DNA of 63,796 nt, filler included, from Thraustochytrium aureum (lineage: Eukaryota): NCBI GenBank assembly GCA_012862495.1. It is 5 parts of 4 records of this genome, joined end to end, with 100 filler letters (N's around TTAATTAATTAA, not from the genome) between each part and the next. Parts side by side here need not be neighbours in the genome. Positions count along the whole stretch, not along the records: positions 43,294 to 59,298 come from BLSG01000192.1; positions 59,399 to 62,239 come from BLSG01000197.1; positions 62,340 to 63,796 come from BLSG01000200.1; 2 more parts are not named here. One strand, given 5' to 3'. Under the pieces are notes generated by a model. That model worked only from the letters and a program-made list of their open reading frames with translations. It ran no database searches and had not been told where the DNA came from. Shown here piece by piece: positions 55,301 to 63,796 of the stretch (the first letter of the stretch is position 1; the number at the start of each line of letters is the position of its first letter). A program made the position numbers and the translations under genes.

Positions 55301-58300
55301 TCCGCCGACTCCTCCAGGCCCTGCACGGGGCCAGCCACGGCCAAGTGGTGGCCGCGCAACCCGTCGCTAGCGACCTCGTCGCTGTCCTGCGCGTCGCTGT
55401 CGCCTGCCACCACCGCCTTGGCCATGTCGAGCACGGTCAGCACTGTCCGCAGCAGGTCGGCGGCCAGCGGGCGCCAGCGCTTGGAAAAGCGCGGCGTATC
55501 CTGCCAGCAGAGCCGGATCGCGCGCAGCACGCCAAACACGCACCCGTTCGCGTCGCCAAGGACCGAGAACCGCGCGTCTGGCGTCTGGCTTGCCTCACTG
55601 CTCGCAACGTTCTCGACCGAACTGGCAGGGATGGCGCGCAGGCCGGCCAGCTCCAGTGAGGCGACACGGGCTTTGAGCGTCCCCACCAGCTGCCACATAA
55701 AGTGGAGCGCAGCCGTCTCGCGGTCGAGATTGCGCCCGATCGCGTGGTCCGCCGCTGCGGCCGCCTCGTTGGCCTCGAGCGGCGCGTTTGGGACGCCAAC
55801 TTGGTCCGGGAACAAAAACATGTTGGGCTCCATGCATCGGCGCTGCAGGCGCGGGTCTTCCAGATAGTCGACTCGGATGCCGGCGTCGCGCAGGAGCCGC
55901 GTGCCTTCGCACACCACAAACTTGGACGGTTCGCGAACGCCAACGACGACCCGGGCAACCTTTGCGGCGATGCATCGGGACGTGCACGGCCGGTTCCCGG
56001 AAAGCCGCACGCTGCACGGCTCCATCGTCGTGTAGATCGTGGTTCCTTCGGCGGCCCCGCACGCGGCGTCGTCGAGCGAGCCCTGTTCTTCAGCTGGCTT
56101 GCCAGAATGATCCGCTTCGATTTTCATGAAAGCCGTCTCTTCTGCATGGGTGTTGCCCGGCAGTTCGCGGCTGTAGCCTCGCGCGAGCCACTGGTCCGCA
56201 TCTCGCCCCACCACGATGGCGCCGACGCAGTACGCCTTTTCGGCTCGCTCGCACTTGTCAGCCTCGTCGCAGGCTAGGTGCATCACCGCCTGGTCGACCT
56301 GGCTGCGCAGTGCGAGCGCGGCGGCATGTGCATGCGCAAACTCTTCTGCGGCACCCCACGGAGACGCCCACGCCGGCGCGGCGCTTGACGGCAAATCGAC
56401 AGCCCACCCCAGCTCGCGCACGTACTTGCGGTATACGAGGCGCACCATTGCGGCGCCGGCGTCCGAGTCGCGCATGCGGGAGCCGGACAGGAGCACATCA
56501 GCCCACTGCAACCAACGCGCCACGGCAGCATGGTTGCAAATGCCCGGATACGGAGCTTCAAGAAGCGACAGCGCCCCAAAGGCGAGCTCTTGCGTTCGGT
56601 CGTACGCGTTCATGAGCATGTTGATGAGGGCCATGATCGAGTCGGCTGGCCGCGGCCGGCCAGGGCCGGTCGGCGCATGCCCCACAAGCGGGGCGGCAAG
56701 NNNNNNNNNNNNNNNNNNNNNNNNNNNNNNNNNNNNNNNNNNNNNNNNNNNNNNNNNNNNNNNNNNNNNNNNNNNNNNNNNNNNNNNNNNNNNNNNNNNN
56801 NNNNNNNNNNNNNNNNNNNNNNNNNNNNNNNNNNNNNNNNNNNNNNNNNNNNNNNNNNNNNNNNNNNNNNNNNNNNNNNNNNNNNNNNNNNNNNNNNNNN
56901 NNNNNNNNNNNNNNNNNNNNNNNNNNNNNNNNNNNNNNNNNNNNNNNNNNNNNNNNNNNNNNNNNNNNNNNNNNNNNNNNNNNNNNNNNNNNNNNNNNNN
57001 NNNNNNNNNNNNNNNNNNNNNNNNNNNNNNNNNNNNNNNNNNNNNNNNNNNNNNNNNNNNNNNNNNNNNNNNNNNNNNNNNNNNNNNNNNNNNNNNNNNN
57101 NNNNNNNNNNNNNNNNNNNNNNNNNNNNNNNNNNNNNNNNNNNNNNNNNNNNNNNNNNNNNNNNNNNNNNNNNNNNNNNNNNNNNNNNNNNNNNNNNNNN
57201 NNNNNNNNNNNNNNNNNNNNNNNNNNNNNNNNNNNNNNNNNNNNNNNNNNNNNNNNNNNNNNNNNNNNNNNNNNNNNNNNNNNNNNNNNNNNNNNNNNNN
57301 NNNNNNNNNNNNNNNNNNNNNNNNNNNNNNNNNNNNNNNNNNNNNNNNNNNNNNNNNNNNNNNNNNNNNNNNNNNNNNNNNNNNNNNNNNNNNNNNNNNN
57401 NNNNNNNNNNNNNNNNNNNNNNNNNNNNNNNNNNNNNNNNNNNNNNNNNNNNNNNNNNNNNNNNNNNNNNNNNNNCACGCCCTCACGCTTGACGATCTGC
57501 CCCAAGAGCGGCAGCGCTGCCTTGAGGTTGGTGCGCACGCTCTTCGGGTCGTGTTCGCGAAGCTCGCGCATAAGTCGCGCAGCGAGGCGCTGGTGCGCTG
57601 CTCTGACGGCCTCGAGCTCCTCGCCAAACCCGTCGAGCGAGACCGCTGTGGGATCTTGCGCGAGGTCGACGCGCACAAAGTCAACAACACCCAAGGCGCT
57701 CTTCAAAAGCGGCTCGAGGTGGTATCGTGCCTTGCGCTCGCCGTGGCTCCAGTTGGCGAGGACAAAGTCCACCAGCTCGAGGCACGTGGCGCGTGCTGAG
57801 GCGCGCCAATATTCCCAGACGAGGGATCGCATCGAAGGGTCCTGCAGGCCCCCTCTGACGTGCCTGCACCACATGCCCATGCCTTCTTGGCAGGCTGTCT
57901 GCAGAGCCTCCTCGAAGACGTTGTCTTCAGCGATCCGTCGGAGTTGCTCTATGAACAGTTGAGCTACGAATCGGCCATCTGGGGCCTTGGAAAACAGGTC
58001 TACAGCCGGAAGCGAGCCAATCGCCTGTTGCAAGAGCAGCGCCTGAACGTCTGCCTTCAGGTCGTCGCGAGACGCGCAAGCGAGAAACCCTGTCGCCGGC
58101 GCGTTGTTGTCCACCAAGTGCTGGATCGCGCTGATGATGGGCTCCCCGCGGACCGAGCACACGACGCTGGCCATGCGAACTAGCGCAACTGATGCGTGCG
58201 TGCGAAGGGGTTTGAAGGTGTGCGCCTTGACGACATCTGGCTCGCGGAGCAAGGGCAGCAGCGCTTGGTCGCGCATCGTGGCCAGCTCGCTTTCCAGCAT

Positions 58301-59139
58301 GTCCGGGTCCATGCCGGGCTGCCCTGGAGACCGCGGGTCGGCCAGCATTGATTCTAGCACGTTGAGGAGAAAGCGCGTGGGCGCCTCGATTTGGTCTGCG
58401 ACTTCGGATTGGTCCGAAGCAGACCCGCCAGTGGCCAGTGCTTGGACAGGTGCCTGTAGCAAGGGGGATGAGCATCGCAGCGCAGCAGCGCAGCGCTTCC
58501 TCGGGGGGGAATTGCGCCAGCAGGGTTGCCCTCGTGGACTCGCATTCGATGAGGTGCTGCAGAGCGCAGCCTAGGTGCTCGAGAAAGCCGTGGAACTCGC
58601 GCGGCAGGAGAGCGGCGCGGTACTGTTCGATTCGCCTTGCCGGCGCGAGCGCAGCAGTGTCCAGCAGAGCCCCGAGGGCCTGGGCGCTGACGGATTTCGG
58701 CGAGGCTGCCGCGCAGACGTCCATCACGTTGACGCCGAGGCGGCGCATCTTGTTGCTGCTCGGCGCTGCGGCGGCGACGAGCCCGAGGCGCGCAGCTTCC
58801 GAAACGGCTGCGCAAGCGGCGTCGCCATGCTCGCCGCAGCGTTCGCAGCGCTCTTGGCCGCACGCCAGGCCCCCTTCTTAATTGCGTCTTTCACGCCCCA
58901 AGCGCTTTGGCGCGTTCGTTCTCACCTTTTGCGGCCGCCACTTGGCTCGCCGCCCTCGCCACGGCCTGCACGCCGCTCCCCGCCAGAGCATCAACCAGCC
59001 CGCCATACACCGCGTAAAAGTCTTTCAGCGCCTCCGATGCCGTCCCGTCCGCCTCGGCGTCGCCCGCGAACGCGTCAAGCTTCCTTGCGCCCTGCGAAGC
59101 CGCACCGCGCCCCTTGCGGCCAAGCGCCCTTCGCGGCAT
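52367..59139 (-). CDS. THADA: THADA/Trm732-like armadillo protein (DUF2428) with an in-frame inserted Rib2-like cytidine/DRAP deaminase domain; two N gaps and several frameshifts; start and end approximate
   Basis: THADA motifs 'LLSGSRMRDSDAGA...L', 'VMSSWLLVRDGSELL', 'IGNWLLQVLGSLKHVGA', 'LRKSAGF', 'RVHSLNILKAI', 'W..RNSSMMIF', 'FFFRRF', 'LYPWLLLLSRL', 'RTTAARAL', 'N.LHG.LL'. Insert motifs 'GYSRELPGNTHAE' and 'YTTMEPCSVRLSGNRPC'. Confidence 0.88.
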
Positions 59140-59219
59140 CCTACCAGGCGCTGCGCTCTCTGCCGCAGCCCAAGCCCCGTTCACCACGTGTGCAGGCCCC
59201 GAGCCGTCCCGCGCGGACT

Positions 59220-59257
<38 letters not shown>

Positions 59258-59258
59258 C
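59220..59258 (+). repeat. (GCAC)n microsatellite upstream of THADA
   Basis: About 9 copies seen directly. Confidence 0.9.
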
Positions 59259-59398
59259 TCGCTGCCCCGCCGCGTTCGGGCTCTGCTCTGCCCCGCGCNN
59301 NNNNNNNNNNNNNNNNNNNNNNNNNNNNNNNNNNNNNNNNNNTTAATTAATTAANNNNNNNNNNNNNNNNNNNNNNNNNNNNNNNNNNNNNNNNNNNN

Positions 59399-59707
59399 GA
59401 TGTGGACAAAGAGTTTTGTTTCGATCCCGAGCTCCGGCAAGACAGCAAAGTCTCGCTGCAGTTCTCGGGGTCCGCGAAGGCGTCCGTGGCCGTGAGCAAG
59501 GACCTGGTGGACTTTCTCGGCAGCGAGGCGCTTGTGCTAGAGCTTTGGGTGCGCGGGGGCAGCGCCGATGTAGAGGTTGGCGCGGACCAAGATAGCGGGG
59601 CGAAGGCGGTGGAGCGAAGCAAAGCGCTCGAAGCGGAGCGCGACAAGCTAAAAGCCGAGCTGGCCGAGATGCGCAAGCGCCAGAGCAAAGCTTGCGCGAT
59701 TCTGTAG
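59399..59707 (+). CDS. 3' fragment of a protein ending in a coiled coil and CaaX motif (SKACAIL)
   Basis: Open frame from the linker to TAG 59705-59707. C-terminal CAIL is a canonical prenylation signal. Confidence 0.55.
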   Translation, partial: DVDKEFCFDPELRQDSKVSLQFSGSAKASVAVSKDLVDFLGSEALVLELWVRGGSADVEVGADQDSGAKAVERSKALEAERDKLKAELAEMRKRQSKACAIL

Positions 59708-60123
59708 CTAGAGGCCCGCGCAGAAGCGCGCGGCCGCAGCGGCCGCAGCGGTCGCGTCGCAGCTAGGTAGAACCAGGCGGCGAAAGTAGGTACCAAAGGG
59801 CGTTCGCTCGGTCAACGAGTCGGTTTCTTGGTGCACCAACACCGTCGATCCGCGGGTGATCGTCAACAAGTTGGTCGCGGACGTGTCGTGCCAACGCCGG
59901 AAGGCTAGCTATAGTTCGTCCATCTTCAGGCTTTTGGTTGTGCTACCAATGTCTCTCCAGAGTATTTTCCGTAGTTAACCGAGTAACCCCCACGATTCAA
60001 GAATTCCTAATGCTGCAAGGCGCGCGCGGTCGGCACGGTCTCTTTCGCCTCCGCCCAAACCGCCGCTCCCTTCTCTTTCGTGCTTTCTTTCTCTCGTTCG
60101 CTCGAAAAAACGAAATCAAGAAA

Positions 60124-60725
60124 TCAGCAAATGATGCAGCACTGGTTGTGCTGCTTGGCCGTGTGGTAAAACGCCTTGGACTGCATCGTCAGGTCGTCCG
60201 ACTGCTCGACCAGCTTGTCCAGCTTGACCTGGCGCTCGAGCACCGAGTCGATCGTCTTGTGCATGACCTCCATGGTTGAATCAAGGTCCTGCTGAATCTT
60301 GGTGATCTTGTCGGCCTTGGCCGGGTCCTGGAACTCGACGATGGCCCTGTCTAGCGGCTCGAACGGGAGCTTGGTGTCCTGGCCGACGGAGGGCCACTGC
60401 TGCGCGTAGGCGCCGTGGAACTCGTCGAGGAGCTTGGACATGATCGTGAACGCGACGCGCTCCGGGTACTCGGTGTCGGCCACGACGGCCGCTCCGAGGC
60501 CGTCGCTGCGAAGGTAGGTGTGCACGTTGTTCCCCTCGTGCACCACGGACTGCCGCTTGCCGCGCGGCGTGCGCTTGATCAGCGTGCGGCTGATAAACTT
60601 TACAAACTGGCCCGCAGTAGACCGCTCGAAGACCCAAAGCTGGACAGGTCGGTCGCCGAGGCCAGGAAAACCGGCTCACTCGTGTCTTCGTTCCACCGCA
60701 AAATGGACATACCAGTGATCTTCAT
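60124..60725 (-). CDS. YKT6: Ykt6 R-SNARE (longin + SNARE motif + lipidation tail); frameshift ~60633
   Basis: 'DLSSFG(F)FER', 'RQSV', 'DTEYPERVAF', 'FQDPAKADKITKIQQDLDST..VMHKTIDSVLER..KLDKLVEQSDDL..QSKAFY..AK..NQCCIIC'. Confidence 0.96.
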
Positions 60726-61684
60726 CTTGCCGCAGCCTTGCACCGGCCGGCCAGCCAGCCCCACACCAGGTCCGCGCTCCCCCCTCTCGCTCCTCCCTCG
60801 GCCCGACGCCTCGAGCGCGCGGTCAGAGCGTGCGAGCGAAGGCGACGCCACGCAGGCAGGCAGGCAGGCACCAAACGGACGCCTCGCCCAAATCCCGCGA
60901 CTCGCCCCGCGTCTCGCCCCCAAACAAACAAGCAAGCACGCGCGCGCGCCAAGTAAGCAGCCGCCGCGCCCCCAGCCGCCCTCGCGCAGCTNNNNNNNNN
61001 NNNNNNNNNNNNNNNNNNNNNNNNNNNNNNNNNNNNNNNNNNNNNNNNNNNNNNNNNNNNNNNNNNNNNNNNNNNNNNNNNNNNNNNNNNNNNNNNNNNN
61101 NNNNNNNNNNNNNNNNNNNNNNNNNNNNNNNNNNNNNNNNNNNNNNNNNNNNNNNNNNNNNNNNNNNNNNNNNNNNNNNNNNNNNNNNNNNNNNNNNNNN
61201 NNNNNNNNNNNNNNNNNNNNNNNNNNNNNNNNNNNNNNNNNNNNNNNNNNNNNNNNNNNNNNNNNNNNNNNNNNNNNNNNNNNNNNNNNNNNNNNNNNNN
61301 NNNNNNNNNNNNNNNNNNNNNNNNNNNNNNNNNNNNNNNNNNNNNNNNNNNNNNNNNNNNNNNNNNNNNNNNNNNNNNNNNNNNNNNNNNNNNNNNNNNN
61401 NNNNNNNNNNNNNNNNNNNNNNNNNNNNNNNNNNNNNNNNNNNNNNNNNNNNNNNNNNNNNNNNNNNNNNNNNNNNNNNNNNNNNNNNNNNNNNNNNNNN
61501 NNNNNNNNNNNNNNNNNNNNNNNNNNNNNNNNNNNNNNNNNNNNNNNNNNNNNNNNNNNNNNNNNNNNNNNNNNNNNNNNNNNNNNNNNNNNNNNNNNNN
61601 NNNNNNNNNNNNNNNNNNNNNNNNNNNNNNNNNNNNNNNNNNNNNNNNNNNNNNNNNNNNNNNNNNNNNNNNNNNNNNNNNNNN

Positions 61685-62239
61685 ACTCGTTTCGGCGATC
61701 AGCTCTCCAGGGATCCGTCGTTTGGGATCACGATGTCGGCCATCTTCACTTTGTCCTCTACTGGGAGCTGCGCCTGGATGCGGTCCATCGCTTGCTCTGT
61801 GGAGAACTTGTCGCGGCGCTGCATGCGCTCGACCTGGTGCTCTTGCGTAGCTGCTACGACGATAACCGCCGAGCAAACATTCACGAGCGTTTTGGTTTCG
61901 AACAGCGTCGGCGCTGCCGCGAGCAAGCAAAATCCAACGTGCACGTTTTGTCAGGCGGCCCGATGTCCTCTGCTCGTTGCGCGGCCCACGCCCGGCTCGC
62001 CGACGCTCCTCGCAAGCACCCGCAAAACTTACCGTCAATGATGACGATGGGGGTGCCGACCATAAAGTATCTGAAAAGCTGTGAAACGATCGCCTTGAAA
62101 ATGGCCGGCCCCGTGATCCTCGTGAGCGTGGCGCGCTGCGCCGCGTCTTTGAAGACGATCTCGCCGAGCTTAAGGCGGTCCAAGCCAGACCCATCAAGCA
62201 GCACGATCTCCGTCCCAAACTCGCGCACGATGGCGTTGA
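61685..62239 (-). CDS. Dephospho-CoA kinase (internal fragment; intron 61914-62032)
   Basis: 'IVREFGTEI...G.LDRLKLGEIVF.D...R..L..IT.PAI'. Spliced 'IVIID|APTLFE', then 'QVERMQRRD.....A.DRIQAQLP...K...AD.VI.NDGS'. The GTAAGT...GGCAG intron restores the frame. Confidence 0.9.
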
Positions 62240-62388
62240 NNNNNNNNNNNNNNNNNNNNNNNNNNNNNNNNNNNNNNNNNNNNTTAATTAATTAANNNNN
62301 NNNNNNNNNNNNNNNNNNNNNNNNNNNNNNNNNNNNNNNGTTCAGGCTCATACAGCTCCCCTTCAGTGCGGGAGCTTCGGGCGACAGT

Positions 62389-63537
62389 TTGGGCAAGTTT
62401 CTCGAGTCCTCGGCTGCCTGTCGATGGGACGCGTTCACGGCTTTGGACGACAGCAGTGATGACGCAAGCTCGGACGAAGGGCGCTCGCGGCACTGTGGCT
62501 GGCTGCTTCGTAGGTCTGAGGGCTCCGCGCGGCAAATTAACCTCGAAGAGACGCCTGCCGACTTGCTCGACCGCCTGCTGAACCACTTCATTCGTGCTGC
62601 AGCTGCTGGCGACCCTCAAAGCTTGGAGGGCCACCTCGAAAAGTGCGCCAAGCTGCATGATAGTATTTGTGCTCTCCAGAAGCGCCTGGGAGACGAACAG
62701 CTGGCTGGCGGAAGTCGACATGGTCTGCTTCTGGGAATAAGGACACTCCGCTACGTCGTTTTCCGATTGTCTAAACAAGCCGGCGCGCTCGGACAGGTCG
62801 ACGTGCCCAAGCAAGCTGAAGGATCCAGTCTGTTGTGGGGCGTGCAGGACTTGTTTCGGCTTGCCGAGTGCCTCTTTCGTGACGGGGAGGATATGCTACG
62901 TTGTTTGCGAGCAAGGCCCGCAAATCTAAATCAGAGCCACAACAGGTGCGATGCTGCGATTGACCCCTCCGTGCTCGTTGTTGAGGCTTTTTTCAACCGA
63001 TCTTACGAACCACCGGTGGACGCATGCGGGAAAGTCTACCCTCTCGCTGACGATGAGGCTGGACCCCACATTGGCTATGACTGGAACTGGGAACGTTCGC
63101 ATCACGGCGTGTTGCGCAGCATCGACCTTTCGTTGGCTGGAACTTGTTTCCGCGGGAAACCCGCAGATATCCAGCGTCAGTGCAAGGTGCTATGCTCTCA
63201 GTTTGCTTCATTCATCAGAGCCTGCAAGGCCAACATGGCGTGGGAGTCCGCAAGCATCATCGGCTCGCTTTACCCGAGGTCGTCTCAGTGTCGCACGATT
63301 CTCTGGGAGTCGCTTCCGGCCGACCGGCTTTCACGGTGCGCCGTCCTGTACCTCACCGGAATTTACGAGGGCCAACGCCGCGTTGGCACAGATAGAGAAA
63401 TCCTGGAAAGGATTTGCAAGGGCGAGGCCAGGGCTAGCCAGGCCGTTCCTGCGGACGCCGAAACGCGGGCCACCTTGAAGCGAGGCCAGGAATCCGACTT
63501 CGAGAGTGCGCGGCCTAGCAAGTCGAGCCGTCAATGA
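62389..63537 (+). CDS. Hypothetical protein, 3' part (5' end lost at linker)
   Basis: 382-codon open frame with helical, protein-like composition. No family recognised. Confidence 0.5.
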   Translation: MGKFLESSAACRWDAFTALDDSSDDASSDEGRSRHCGWLLRRSEGSARQINLEETPADLLDRLLNHFIRAAAAGDPQSLEGHLEKCAKLHDSICALQKRLGDEQLAGGSRHGLLLGIRTLRYVVFRLSKQAGALGQVDVPKQAEGSSLLWGVQDLFRLAECLFRDGEDMLRCLRARPANLNQSHNRCDAAIDPSVLVVEAFFNRSYEPPVDACGKVYPLADDEAGPHIGYDWNWERSHHGVLRSIDLSLAGTCFRGKPADIQRQCKVLCSQFASFIRACKANMAWESASIIGSLYPRSSQCRTILWESLPADRLSRCAVLYLTGIYEGQRRVGTDREILERICKGEARASQAVPADAETRATLKRGQESDFESARPSKSSRQ

Positions 63538-63796
63538 CTCGCGCCGTCTGACTTTGTTCGGCGACCCCGCGAGGAAGGCCTTGTGCGTGGCGGTGGCTTT
63601 CAAATGCGACAGCGCCAATTCGCAAAACGCCAATTCACAAACGCCAATTCACAAAACCGAGGCGGCTCCAGCGCGCGTTCTGACCTAGGATTCGCATGAG
63701 CGAGTGTTACCTTGTGCAAATCGGAGGATGTTGCGGCTTTTGGAAGCGTTCGAGCGTGACGAAGCGCACTTTTACGAAGCCAAGCGAGCCTTTCTA

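Noticed and set aside
9830..60640. Programmed frameshifting or widespread pseudogenisation
   Set aside because: Indels occur in many unrelated genes, including essential ones, mostly at short homopolymers and with otherwise intact motifs. Sequencing error is the simpler explanation.
25004..62295. Repeated TTAATTAATTAA palindromes as piggyBac target sites or regulatory elements
   Set aside because: Always centred in exactly 44+44 Ns. They are artificial six-frame-stop linkers, so gene adjacency across them has no meaning.

Overview
GC-rich, gene-dense, intron-poor eukaryotic DNA. It is most likely a thraustochytrid (Labyrinthulomycetes): I recognise the Delta-12 desaturase at 27.3-28.5 kb from memory as matching the Thraustochytrium aureum enzyme, which is not a database result. 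The window is a draft assembly of five unrelated pieces joined by artificial 100-bp linkers (44 N + TTAATTAATTAA + 44 N): ~1-24959, 25060-43193, 43294-59298, 59399-62239 and 62340-63796. It also has many internal N gaps and single-base homopolymer frameshifts. Recognisable genes: HECT E3 ligase, CASD1/RWA-type O-acetyltransferase, large MBD9/BAZ-like chromatin reader, Eco1 acetyltransferase, Ubc6, Delta-12 desaturase, THEM6-like thioesterase, glutaredoxin-DUF442 fusion, GT77-like glycosyltransferase, TMEM184, cyclopropane-synthase-like methyltransferase-TM-DUF1365 fusion, RhoGAP-like/DH protein, sulfotransferase, MRI1, THADA/Trm732, Ykt6 and dephospho-CoA kinase. Three architectures stand out. 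(1) THADA/Trm732, the tRNA position-32 2'-O-methylation cofactor, carries an intact Rib2-type zinc deaminase domain inserted in frame. (2) One spliced gene fuses a CFA-type fatty-acyl methyltransferase, a membrane domain and DUF1365, resembling a bacterial furan/methyl fatty-acid operon collapsed into one protein. (3) A chromatin protein combines an MBD with a RAMA domain inserted inside its FYRC domain. No rRNA, tRNA or CRISPR array was found.
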